Part shown: positions 1 to 12,043 of the stretch, in pieces
How the letters are laid out: each line of letters starts with the position of its first letter
Position numbering within the stretch: the first letter of the stretch is position 1
The notes under the pieces: generated by a model
The model's database searches: none
Told to the model about the DNA's origin: nothing
The model's input: only the letters and a program-made list of their open reading frames with translations
Source of the DNA: Octopus sinensis
Lineage: Eukaryota
Length of the DNA: 64,000 nt
Direction: 5' to 3'
Assembly: GCF_006345805.1 (NCBI RefSeq)
Contig: NC_042998.1
Coordinates: 200,632,001-200,696,000 of the forward strand
Position numbers and translations under genes: made by a program

Positions 1-955
1 AGCATGTTGAAAACTCTTTCTTCGTATAATTATCAAATATCACTTGTCTCTATAGTGAACACGTGCGACACGGCGAGCAGGTGGTCACTAGACATCGATG
101 TCTGATGATTAATTAGATTTAGGTGCCGAATGCTACATTAGGTATATTTTAATTGCTATTACGCATAAATGTTCATTGTTCGCTTGTCTGCAAAGGCAAT
201 ATGGACCAATAAGCAATACAGTAAAATCAAATTTACACGAACACTGATTGCGAAGCAAAAGAATACTTAACACATCTCGCTGTCTTAATGTTTCACTTCT
301 ATAATATATATATATTATCCGGTCAACTAATATTCACTTATGTTCTCAGTTTTTGGAAGGTAGAAATATTCCTATTAACAATTCAGTTTTGCTAGCTCTA
401 AATCACTTTATGTACATACGCTCGCTGACACACAGGCGCTCGCTAGCACACCCCATACACACAAAAGTAGAGAAAGGGAAGAAAGATATCGATTTAATAG
501 TGATAAATGTAGCTCGTTGGAAGCATTGTGGAATGTGAAGAAAAACATATAACAGTTATTTAGAAAACCACTGTAATATATTTGACGGCAAATTAAATGT
601 GAATAGGAAGGAATATACATGTCTGACTTAAAGTAATTAATAACCTGATATTTCTGGCGAAAATATGGGTATATTTAGAGGGGTCGGATAGGCTGAACGT
701 ATCTGGGCGAATTGGAGATTCAGTTTGAAAAACTAGGTAAAACAGGGTATTTTTGAAGTGCGATACGTATCGCTTTCACTGGTTATTTAACGTAGATCTT
801 TCGTCTTTTTCAAAAAGTAGACTACGCGTGTGAGAGTTGGAGATAAAGCGGTACCGACTCCCCACTTTTCAGGTAGCTGTGGGTGTTCTGATGTAAGTTA
901 CCATTTCTGTTTTTTTTCCTTCAAAACACCAACAGTTGATGGCGGGTATGATGAA

Positions 956-1396
956 GGCGGCAAGCTGGCAGAATCGTTAAGCACGTCGGGCGAAATGCCT
1001 AGGGGTATTTCGTCTGCCGCTACGTTCTGAGTTCAAATTCCGCCGAGGTCGACTTTGCCTATCAAGCTTTCGATGTCGATAAATTAAGCACCAATTACGC
1101 ACTGGGGTCGATATAATCGACTTAATCTGTTTGCGTGTCCTTGTTTGTCCCCTCTGTGTTTAGCCCCTTGAGGGCAATAAAGAAATAAGAATCGTTAAGC
1201 ACGTCGGGCGAAATGCTTAGCAGTATTTCGTCTGCCGCTACGTTCTGAGTTCAAATTCCGGCGAGGTCGACTTTGCCTATCATCCTTTCGAGGTCGATAA
1301 ATTAAGCACCAGTTACGCACTGGGGTCGATATAATCGACTTAATCCGTATGTATGTCCTCTCTGTGTTTAGCCCCTTGTGGGTAGTAAAGAAATAG
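956..1396 (+). mobile_element. tRNA-derived SINE family A, tandem dimer (units 956-1187 and 1188-1396)
   Basis: Head GGCGGC(A/G)AGCTGGCAGAATCGTT, B-box-like GAGTTCAAATTCC, core GGTCGACTTTGCCT..GGTCGATAAATTAAG, tail TAGCCCCTTGTGGGTAGTAAAGAAATA. Flanking TGATGAAG at 949-956 and 1400-1407 is TSD-like. Confidence 0.92.
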
Positions 1397-2174
1397 ATTT
1401 GATGAAGCTTGCTTCCTGGATTCTCAAGTACATGATGTTACTTTTAATGATTCTGGTAATAAAATCGATGGCTTGACCCTTGCATTTATGAAGCTGCACA
1501 TTGTAACTCATGTGGTAAGTCTGTATATTTTACTTCGTTCGATATTAATTGTACTGCAGGTGATGTACATTGAGAACATTCTACTTCATATACGGAATAT
1601 GCTGTGAAAAAAAAAAGAACAACCACTGCTACACCCATATCAAAAATAGCTACTGATATCTACAAAGTTAGTTGTATAAAGGGGACGGATATACGTCAAA
1701 CTCGTTCAGGGTTTACTTTACAGGAATAACTATCGAAGATACTACCACTTTTTCATCAAAAACTTTGCATCCTGGCCAACTGCTTCAGTCACTGAGCGCA
1801 TGCGTGTTGCATTCTCTAAATTCTGCAAATATTATTAGATAAGCAATGCTGTTCAACATGTATATCTGTTACGATATCTAGCAGACTTTCCAAAAGTGGT
1901 TTGATGCCAATAGTAAACATTTAGCGCTCTTCACTCACTATAAGATTAAGATCAAATCTATCAGGTTTTGTACTTAAATACGTTTAGTACTGTCTCCAAG
2001 GGCCCAAAGATAATTGTTAGGACGAAGGGGTTGCTAAAATCTCTGCTCTTACAATATAGATTTCAATCTCCAAATGGTATAACCAAATACAATATACTCT
2101 ATTTCTTTCCTTTCTGTGATTTTTACAGGAAATAACCACAAGAAAACAATGTTTTCTCTGCATGCCAAAACAAT

Positions 2175-2499
2175 TTTCTTCTTCTTCTTCTTCTTCTTCT
2201 TCTTCATCTTCTTCATCTTCTTCTTCTTCTTCTTCTTCTTCTTCTTCTTCTCCTTCTTCTTCTTCTTCTTCTTCTTCTTCTCCTTCTTCTTCTTCTTCTT
2301 CTTCTCCTTCTTCTTCTCCTTCTTCTTCTTCTCCTCCTTCTTCTTCTTCTTCTTCTTGCTGCTGCTGCTGTTGTTGTTGTAGTTGTAGTTGTAGTTGTTG
2401 TTGTAGTTGTTGTTGTGGTTGTTGTTGCTGTTGTTATTGTTGTAGTTCTTCTTCTTCTTCTTCTTCTTCTTCTTCTTCTTTTCCTTCTTCTAATACTAA

Positions 2500-2555
<56 letters not shown>

Positions 2556-2635
2556 TTTCTTCTTCCTCTTTTTCTTCTTCTTCTACTTCTTCTCCCTCTT
2601 CACTTCTTCTTCTTCTTCTTCGTTGTCTTCGTCTT
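2175..2635. repeat. Compound trinucleotide microsatellite (TTC)n-(TGT)n-(TTC)n-(TAC)n
   Basis: Direct reading; explains the poly-S/F/L/T ORFs at 2116-2692. Confidence 0.97.
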
Positions 2636-2689
2636 TTCCGATCGATTTTCACTTTATTTCACCTTCCGACCGCCCCTCAGCCTGTGAAC

Positions 2690-3790
2690 TAAGGTACATA
2701 TATATTATGAAGAAAAAAACCTCCTCAGAATTCGGGCATTTGATGTTAACCCAACATTTTGAGTCTCATTGATTGTTGGTTTCCTAGGGATCCGGCCAAA
2801 ACGTTTGTCAGTAACTTTCTTAATTATTCACAGGGCACCTACAGCAACAGGTTTGTTTTGGGGTTTTAATTGCCCCGTTCTAGATATCTCAATATCAGAG
2901 TACCCATATTGCAACAGTTATGGTTTTGGGTTTTAATTGCCCCGTTCTAGATATCTCAATATCAGAGTACCCATATTTCGACAGCTTTTCAAATTCCTTT
3001 GCTGTGTTATTTCTTTTAGCAGTCACTGTCATAACAATTAACAGGTCTGTTCTTTGTCCTATCTTTGATGACGATGTCTGGTTTGTTAATATTTATTTCC
3101 TGTCAGTATTTATTTCCTGCCGGCGGCGAGCTGGCAGAAACGTTAGCACGCCAGGCGAAATGTGTAGCCATCTTTGTCTGCTGTTACGTTCCAAGCTCCA
3201 ATTCCGCCAAGGTCGACTTTGCCTTTCATCCTTTTGGGGTCGATAAAATAAGTACCAGTTACGCACTGGGGTCGATAAAATAAGTACCAGTTACGCACTG
3301 GGGTCGATAAAATAAGTACCAGTTACGCACTGGGGCCGATATAATCGACTTAATACGTTTGTCCTTTCTGTGTTTAGCCCCTTGTGGGTAGTAAAGAAAT
3401 AAATATTTATTTCCTGTCAGTAGGCATCCCATAATCCCATAGTATGGTAGCATTTTCTCCATCAGTGACAGGATCTGGATTCTGTTCATGTCAGTTCTTA
3501 GAGTGTAGGACATCGTGGTGACAGAATATATTCCAACGCCTGCAGTGGCCAATTCGATCATATCTCGATTTATATTCTGTAAGGGCAAGGAGTGAACAGC
3601 TGAAAACAATGTGGTCAATACTTTCAAGTTTGATATTGCAAAGTCTACACCCTGCATCTATCGCATTGTGTGTGTGTCATTAGTTTGAGAGCTCCGATCG
3701 AGGAAACTCTGGTCTTGTGCCGTTACTATCAATCCTACTGTTTCAGCTTTCAAACCAACACTCTGCTCTTGTGGATATCAGCTTCACCAG
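2690..3790 (-). mobile_element. R4/Dong-clade non-LTR retrotransposon 3' fragment 1 (zinc knuckle + RLE domain), decayed, SINE-interrupted
   Basis: Manual minus-strand translation: GLKAETVGLIVTAQDQ; CRLCNIKLESIDHIVFSC..EYKSRYDRIGH (CCHC knuckle plus RHD-like motif); ENATILWDY; NKPDIVIKDR; KEFEKLSKY. Contains frameshifts and a 67-bp tandem duplication (2844-2977). Confidence 0.85.
3120..3401 (+). mobile_element. SINE family A with triplicated 32-bp internal unit, inserted in Dong fragment 1
   Basis: 21-bp TSD AATATTTATTTCCTGTCAGTA at 3088-3108 and 3402-3422; unit GGGGTCGATAAAATAAGTACCAGTTACGCACT at 3236, 3268 and 3300. Confidence 0.93.
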
Positions 3791-3794
3791 CTCG

Positions 3795-3877
3795 CTATCA
3801 TTATCATCATCATCACCACCACCATCATCATCATTATCATCATCATCATCACGTCGTCGTCGTCGTCATCATCATCA

Positions 3878-3941
<64 letters not shown>

Positions 3942-3942
3942 T
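3795..3942. repeat. (CAT)n/(ATT)n microsatellite; (TAA)n tail or target of Dong fragment 2
   Basis: Direct reading. Confidence 0.95.
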
Positions 3943-4388
3943 CAGCAGTTTTATTTTTATAGCGTGCTTTCACTTCACTACCGAGCGCAGCTCTGAGTGC
4001 CTTGGGTATGTGCTGTGGTTTATTGTGATGCTCTGATGGTTACTGTATTGAAGTGTTCTGCGTAGGATGTGTGCAGTGCCTAGTAGTGCAATTTCTGTAT
4101 GTTTTATGTGTTTGTAAGTCCTGGTGTTTTTGTTATGAATTTGTGTGGATATTTTTTATCATGCCTAATGCACCTACTATGATAGGAATTGTTTATGTTT
4201 TTAGATTCCACATTCTAGTTACCTCTATTTCCAGGTCTTTGTATTTTGAAAGTTTCTCCATTTCTTTTAGAGACACGTTGTCATCTGCTGGTATTGATAC
4301 ATCAATTAGAAATAATTTTTTCTTCATGATCTCTGACAACTATATCTGGTCTGTTGGCCTTAATTTCTCTATCTGTGTGCATTGGCAT
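3943..4388 (-). mobile_element. R4/Dong-clade LINE 3' fragment 2 (RLE domain + 3' UTR)
   Basis: Minus strand: PMHTDREIKANRPDIVVRDHEEK..LIDVSIPADDNVSLKEMEKLSKYKDLEIEVTRMWNLKT*TIPIIVGALGMIKK..ALLGTAHILRR, a PD..D..K RLE motif. Runs into (TAA)n at the 3' end; 5' junction is in (TAA)n with 17-bp repeats. Confidence 0.92.
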
Positions 4389-4409
4389 ATTATGATTATT
4401 GGCATATTA

Positions 4410-4428
4410 TGATTATTGGCATATTATT

Positions 4429-4491
<63 letters not shown>

Positions 4492-4499
4492 GTATTATT

Positions 4500-4570
<71 letters not shown>

Positions 4571-4578
4571 CATCATCA
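4410..4578. repeat. (ATT)n microsatellite between Dong fragments 2 and 3
   Basis: Direct reading. Confidence 0.95.
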
Positions 4579-4860
4579 TTTTTGTGTTTGAATTTTGCTT
4601 TACATTTGTATAATTTGGTTCGAAGTCTCACTCAGAGACCTCAAGAGACCAGAAGCTGGATGTTCATGATGGTGTTATGCCTAGGGTTCCATATATTTGA
4701 TTTTGTACATAGTGTTGGTCTAGAGAATATTTAAGAAACCATAAGGAAATTATGTTTGTTTTAAAACTTGAGATTACATAAAAAGTATTTTGTGTAGGAT
4801 ATGAACAGTTCCCATGAGCATTATCTTTTGAATTTCTGCCATTTTGGGGTTTCTTGGAAT
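4579..4860 (-). mobile_element. R4/Dong-clade LINE extreme 3' fragment 3 (different subfamily)
   Basis: IPRNPKMAEIQKIMLMGTVHILHKILFM* matches the C-terminus seen in fragments 1 and 2; a different 3' UTR follows; (TAA)n on both sides. Confidence 0.82.
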
Positions 4861-4942
4861 TATTATTATTATTGTTATTATTATTGTTGTTGTTGTTGTT
4901 ATCATCATCATCATCACATCATCATCATCATCATCCTCATCA

Positions 4943-5017
<75 letters not shown>

Positions 5018-5022
5018 TTATT
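4861..5022. repeat. (ATT)n/(ATC)n microsatellite
   Basis: Direct reading. Confidence 0.95.
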
Positions 5023-5432
5023 TTTAAACACAATAACGTTGCTGAAATTTGTAACACAAAATCAGCTTCCCGAAACCAGTGGACTAAGGGAATTCTCTTT
5101 ATTCAAATTTCGATCAATCAGTGGAGGAATCGCGTAACTCGAAACAGCTCTGACTTCTGCAAAGACCCCTTTTTCATATTTACCTATATGCTTTTAATAT
5201 GGTTTCGGAGCTTGGTACTTATATTACCCAAATACTGCTGTGACACTGCCTTTTTTCAATTACCACTGTTCTTATGTGATCCATTTGTCATCTCCATGCT
5301 TGACCTGTTTATCACTCAACCATTCTCTCTCTTTCCCTCTCTCTCTCTCTCTCTCTTTCTTTCTCTCTCTCGTTCACACACACTCACACACTCTTTTTCA
5401 TGTTTTTGATAGTTTGTTACCACGAGAGCGTG

Positions 5433-5501
<69 letters not shown>

Positions 5502-5519
5502 CGTGTGTTTAAGCAGGTT

Positions 5520-6650
5520 TTTCCCCCTTTTTCATTCAAAACGACTGTATGCAGCGTCCGATGTTGAAGTTCATGACCACATTGGATTATTACATCACAC
5601 AGTATTTTTACCTCATAATTGTTAATTCGTCATTCTGATATATGCCATTTGATAATACATGCATCTTACCTCACAATGCAATCCCCTCTGCATTGATTGT
5701 TGAAAATTTATTTCTCTCATGAATTTTGACTGTAAAACCAATAGCAGCACTCAAACATGACACCGTTTACCTTTTACCTCCTTTTCTATCTCTTTTCAGA
5801 GTTAGTTGTATACACATATCAATCCAGCCCATCTTTGGTGTAATTATAACTAAGTTCTTGTAACTGCACACCACAAATAAGTACTTCTGTCTCTAGCTTC
5901 AAGTCAGTCCCCCTTAGTCAGTGCTGCCTTACATCATTGTCTGTATTCCTATTCACCTCTCTAACAAAAACTGCCATTCTCCCATTCCATTTCTTTGGTT
6001 TTGCTCGTTCATTTTTATTTCTAACACACACTCTCTCCGTTCCCGTATGTGTCCTGACAAAACCGAAAATTATCACGTAAACCAGCAACTGTCTAAGGCA
6101 CTCTTGATATGCATCAGAGCGTAAACACTTTTCAAACCTGATCACTCGTTCACCTTTGTGCGTGGTTAGATCGAGTGATGAAATCCTCTATGCATTGTGA
6201 GTAGTTTTCTCGGTTTTCAGTTTATGTTCTCCAGTTAACAATACATGCACCATAGCTGAACAAAGCAACTCCTATGCATTTATTGCTAAAAGTTTGTGTT
6301 TTTCATCAAACTTCGACTGGAACATCAATAGCTGCTTTTACCTGTTTACTCCAATTCTGTTCCATTTCACAGATATTTACAGATGGATAGCAACTCAGCT
6401 CACTTTTGCATAGTGGGGCATCTGTAGAGCGCAGCACATACCCGTCTAGTTCCCATCCAATTTATGGATTATTTTGCACTATTACATTAATTTTGTGATG
6501 ATTTCCGTTACTGAGAATATCATTTTAGCGACAAAATCATCATTAATGTACCATTCTCCTGGCTATGAGAAATACCTTAACTCTACCGTCGCCAACCCCT
6601 TATTAAGCGAGGATGGAATATGGACAACTTTCAACATGTCAACATAACAT
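5520..6650 (-). mobile_element. R4/Dong-clade LINE fragment 4 (post-RT region), heavily decayed
   Basis: Minus-strand pieces: AINA; FSYGACIVNWR; LTMHRGFHH; KKWNGRMAVFVRE; LRGTDLKLETEVLIC. These are collinear with my recollection of the R4/Dong consensus. Confidence 0.72.
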
Positions 6651-7489
6651 GGAAACTCTCGTTATTTGATAAGATATGTAAAAATCCATGAAACAAGTAT
6701 AGGCGTGAGGATACATGTTTTGGATAAAATTCTCTCTCCCGAAGAATCACAATGCTTTTTATGAATAAATTTTTTTAAATGTATCATAAACGATTCATAG
6801 AAATTCATCACATTAATATATTTTTTACTGTGGTAGGTTGTATTTGATCCTCGCATATTCTAGATAACCTATGTTATAGATATTTGCTTTCAGAGAGTTT
6901 CTGTATGAGTTCCAAATGCATATCTTTGTTCAGAATAAATGAAATATCGATTTAAGGTGTATTTCGATTCGTGAGAGTTCTCGACAGTAATAACTGTGTG
7001 AGTTGTCTTAATCTTCTTATTTCTATGGATTGACATTTATTAAAATACGGCCAATTAGTAGATGAGTGGCAGAACAAAACCATCAGTAAACTTTGCATGT
7101 TCTTGCAGATTAGATTGATGGAATTGATGTGGATGTTGGTCAAATTGTACGTATGAGGTTTTACATTAAAAGGAAGCGCAGAAATTAAATTCCCAGTGTA
7201 GGCTGATTGGGGAAATTATTGTTTGAGTAGATTTTGTGGAGTAACATATTGAAACGATTAGCGTATAAGAAGGCACAAGTGCAACAGGTGGCTGGAGTGA
7301 ATAAATAAACAACGCAGTAGAAGAATTATTAATGAAATAGCACGAAGCAGAGAGGAAAAGGAATATGTCACAGTTAGTCGCTTTAATATCCAGAAGAAAG
7401 AAAAGCTTCTTGTTTATATATACGCATACATACATACATACATACATACGCACACACACAAACACACAGACACACACATATATATATAT

Positions 7490-7691
7490 GTATATATACA
7501 TTATTTACATTATTTACATTTGATGGATATTGTTCCCCATCTTGTTTGCTGATAACACAATGTTTCGGCTGATATACCCTCCAGCATTCATCAGATTTCT
7601 TGAGAAAACAAACAAGGTGAGGACAAATATCCTTCAAATGTAAATAATGTAAATAATGTACATAATAACTCATCTCTTAATTATAGAACTG
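7490..7691 (-). mobile_element. Hammerhead-bearing Penelope-type module (family H1) joined to an inverted copy of its own 3' end
   Basis: Minus strand from 7595: CTGATGA-A-TGCTG..CAGCC-GAAAC-ATT-GTGTT. 7607-7691 (+) repeats the downstream segment AACAAACAAG..GTAAATAATGTA..TATAGAACTG in inverted orientation. Confidence 0.78.
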
Positions 7692-7706
7692 TATTAATGT
7701 GTATAC

Positions 7707-7739
<33 letters not shown>

Positions 7740-8289
7740 TTATATATATATATATATAATTATATATATATATAATATATATATATATATTATACTATAT
7801 GTTACATATATCATACTTTGATACTGTTTGGACTAAGATCCCCGTTGACCAGTTGCTGGTATTTATAGTGTTAAACACTTTCGGTATGCAAATTAGGGAA
7901 TCCTTCATAGAGTAACTACTGCAGTTGTTGAGTATATAAACAGTTTAGCTGATTGTTTTTCTCTTGACTATCAGAATAATGTAGACTCTTCTGATAAGAT
8001 CCCGATATGGCTTGAAAATTGATTTAGTTTGTTCGTTATTTCTTTTTCAGTCTGCGGATAAATAGCTAAAATTTGCCATGTTTATAATTATACCATATGT
8101 TATATGTATATATATCCATCAATTCCTCCATCTTCTCCGCCCACTATTCTTGGATGTGTCGTGGGTGTAAGATCTTCAGACATCTCGTCTATAAGGTCGT
8201 TCAGAATCAATCGTCGTTAGGATTCCAGCTGGACCCTCAAGCGTAACCAACTGAGACTATGAATATTAAAAAAAAATTTCATTCCTGGT

Positions 8290-9005
8290 CTACCCTTAGA
8301 TCTCTGGCCGGTTGACTCAGCTTGAAGAAGTCGTATTGCTCTCCTTTTCTGCCACATTCTACACACATATCTGTATAACTGGACCTGTGTTCCCGCAATG
8401 CAGAGAAGAAGCAGTTCGATCTAGAGAGATTCCCTGGTATCTGAGCAACAATCACTGTCGACAAGCAAACTGCACCCTCAGCCAAGTGGAAACTGCTTTT
8501 CTGCAAGGTAATAAGCCTCATTTGGGATGATAGAGAATGGCCAATCTAATACAAAATGGTTGAGAGCAACTATACAGCCACTGCCGAGCGTTATATTCAG
8601 CAAATGCACAGCTCAGTGGCGGGGTAATCTAACTGAAGCGACCCGACCAATGACACGGTATACTTCTTCAACACCGCAGTGTTCGTTCTAAAGTCGCTAA
8701 GTTGAACAAAAATGCTCGATTCGAATGCTATACCGCATCCACCGCATTCTCCTGATATAATGCATTCATTTTATCTTTTCCTGTTGCTCTATGACAATCT
8801 ACGTGATGTTTCGTTGAACATCGACGAGGAGCTAATGAATTATTTTAGTCAAGACTCGCTGATTTTTACCGTGAAGCCTGTGGAATGTTGAAAAGAATTC
8901 ATGAACCCTGAAGGAGAATATATTATTGACTGATTTGTTAAAATTTTTGATTAAAAATAAGGGCGGAAATATATAGAGAAAAAACGATTTTCTCTGACAG
9001 CCCAA
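8290..9005 (+). mobile_element. Decayed mariner transposon, 3' half
   Basis: Pieces VISLIWDD, TAERYIQQMH, LKRPDQ*HGILLQH, PHPPHSPDI..FYLF, EGEYIID*; right end TCTCTGACAGCCCAA followed by TA (9006-9007). Left boundary uncertain. Confidence 0.78.
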
Positions 9006-10099
9006 TAAAATATATGTACGCTTTGTAGCTAATAAAGTATCAATTCTAGCGAGGTGATGCCAATCATTGATCTCTCTGAACAAGAACCGGCACTGTATCG
9101 ATTCATGATATACAGCAGAATCAAAATTTAAATTTGTGTAGAAAACTATAAATTTTATAGATTTGAAAAAGTTGCCAGATATGTTTGCTAAAATGGTTTT
9201 GGATCGTAAAATAATTTTATTTAGATGTGTGTAACGGCAGTAACATCAAATTTGGTTTCGATCGCATATCCTATTTAGAATTTGGCAAATTTACATAGTA
9301 AATGTCATCGTTATGTTATAAGATTAATATCACTGACGTCAAAAATGAGTGCAATAGCTTGTGATCTTCAAAATGAATAAATATCTTCCACGTGTTTAGG
9401 TTATTGCTGTCAATTCTTTGCACCAGTTTTTCCCTAGTAATTGCACTAATTATGATAAACACATTACACACGTGTACTTTATAACATTGCCTGCGCTACT
9501 ATCTTGCTATAATTAGCAATGAATGACATAAAAAGTATTAAGGACGACTAAAAAATTTATGAATTACTCCTATTGCAAATTTACATGAAGTCACCAATAC
9601 CAGACATGTAACAACGTTCACAGACAACAGGAGAACCAAAGGAAGAGGCTAGAAAACGTTAATCGGAGGCCTCTATTTTTCTACACAATCCAGAAATAAT
9701 GGAAAGCATTTTAACCAGTGTCTGTACCATCCGTTAGGTTGATACACTGATACAGAGATGCATTCGCAAAATATTAAACTATATTACAGTTAAACAATTC
9801 CCCGGTATCTATGTCGTTAATATCTATGTTGAGAAAATAAACTATAGGTTGTCATGTTATACATATTACAGTGATTGTCATGTAGGTCGTGTTTACAGGA
9901 CGCAGGATTTTGTGTGTAATTTCTAATGGTTACATTTATTACTGTGTATGAAAAATATTACCATTATGTATTCATCGGAGTAGTGTGAAGTGATATGACG
10001 ATGAACAATGGGTAGACATCCCTATCTGAGTATGTAAAACGAAATTGATTCATCGGGAAAATATGATGATATACGCGCGCACAGACACACATTATATAT

Positions 10100-10570
10100 A
10101 TAATAGATAGATGGATAGATAGATAGATAGATAGATTGATTGATTGGTAGATAGATAGATAGATAGAGAGACAGATAGATAGATAGATATATATGTTTCT
10201 TTATTAGCCACACAGGGCTGCACACAGATAGAACAAATTACAAGGTAGAGCTTTTCTTTTGAAGGTTTAAAAAAAATAAAAAATAAAAAAAGAAAAAAAA
10301 AAGAAAAAAAAAGAAAAAATAAAATAAAAATAAAAATAAAATAAAAGGGGGGGGGTCGATCAAAAGGGATCGTAAAAGGAGAGAAAGAGGACAAAAAAAG
10401 GGGGGGTTAAAAAAAAAGGGGGAGAGGAAAAAAATTGATCAATAGGGATCGTTATCACAGAAATGTCAATATGAAGTGTAAAGGGGGGGACAGGTGAGGT
10501 TTACCCGTGGAGAAAGAAAAGCCTACGGAAAAGACCACGGTAACCTCGGTCAATGAAGTCACCATGTATA
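10100..10570 (-). mobile_element. LINE-like 3' UTR (possibly L1/Tx1-like) ending in AATAAA and a (TATC)n tail
   Basis: Minus strand ..CAGCCCTGTGTGGCTAATAAAGAAACATA(TATC)n with a T-rich UTR. No coding part is visible, so the clade is inferred. Confidence 0.6.
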
Positions 10571-10770
10571 TTTCTTTTTTTTTTTTTTTGCAAATAAGCA
10601 ACTCTCTGTATTAATTTTTACGGTTCATAGAATCATAGTCAAGGTGGCTTCGTCATTCATACGTGCCATCCTTGCTACATTCACCCATCTTTTTTAAAAC
10701 ATTCACTAGACAAAACTTGCCTCTCTACTCTCACTTTTTTCTTCAAGTGATACTTGAAGAAGTTGATGAG

Positions 10771-10826
<56 letters not shown>

Positions 10827-10848
10827 GTATTGATAGATAGATAGATAA
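10771..10848. repeat. (TAGA)n microsatellite
   Basis: Direct reading. Confidence 0.95.
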
Positions 10849-12001
10849 ATGTGCACACATAAAATGTGTATTCGTATTCGATTTCTATGGGTTTCGACAT
10901 TTAATGTATCATTTGATTATATTCGCTGCATACTCAAATCACACACACTAACGAGGCTAAAAATCCCACAGAAACGTAACATGAGGCAGAATTTGCTATT
11001 CACAATGTGATGAAACTGAATTAGATTTCATCCGTATGGATTCCCCAATAATCTTTACTTATCTTCACACACGTGGTTTCCAGTGATGTGTTTGTGCTAT
11101 AAGTATTTCTCATGTACCACTTCATGAATTTAACCGGTATTTTTTTTAATTGTAAATATAAATTTGAAGCGCCAAGTATGATTGTACACGTTCCCAGATA
11201 ATCTGAAAGTACAGAAATTTTACTGCTGTAACGATGAATTTGAAAACAGATGCTGTGCATCTTATCACCGTAAATAACATCATAGCTATAAAAATCTCTG
11301 TTCATAGAAGTTTATAAATCCTACATGTTCGTGGCAATGCGTGTGGTTACTATTTGGAGGACGCCTATGAGTAGTAGCTTAGAAAAAGTTGTTGAGTGGC
11401 ATTATTCTCATAAACAATATGTCTATTTAGAAAATTATGTGGGTGATTAATATAATAAATGATAAATATGAGTCAACATATACGATGAAATTAACAATAA
11501 TGTTTAATTTCTGTTGGTTGGAGTTGGGTTTCATTAAGTGAAGTTGTGATGCAGATGATGAGAAGCAGAATATGTATGTGAGAGAGAGGTTTGTTGGACA
11601 TCGGTGGAAATTTTAGCAATAACTCTGTGATACACAGCTATGGGTACTGGACACGGATATAAAATGTAGAGAGACAGGATGCACAACTGGGTCTTGAAAA
11701 GTATGAGGATTTGGAATGAGATGCATGATAAAGCAGGTAATTGCTACTTCAAAGGTGATGCAGATAAATTTCGATCTCGATACAACAAACACAGTTAAAA
11801 ACAATAGACGGACAGTTGAAACAAGACGGAAGTACAACAGTAAAACATATTTAGTCAAAGTTCTGATGTTGTGTATGTATGTCTGTGTGTGTGTATGTAT
11901 GTATATTTATGTATGTACGTATGTATTTGAATGTGTATATATATATGTGTGTATATATATATATATATGTATGTGTATATATATATATATGCATATATGT
12001 G

Positions 12002-12043
<42 letters not shown>

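Noticed and set aside
2116-2692. Long Ser/Cys/Thr- or Leu/Phe-rich ORFs (also 42376-43376, 25244-25774, 59649-60092)
   Set aside because: Translations of trinucleotide microsatellites; all frames open simply because the repeats lack stops.
3236-3335. CRISPR-like 32-bp repeats
   Set aside because: Contiguous with no spacers, inside a SINE, eukaryotic context, no cas genes.
11700-11810. GIY-YIG-like FRSRYNKH peptide
   Set aside because: Single short motif amid stops; insufficient to call a Penelope ORF.
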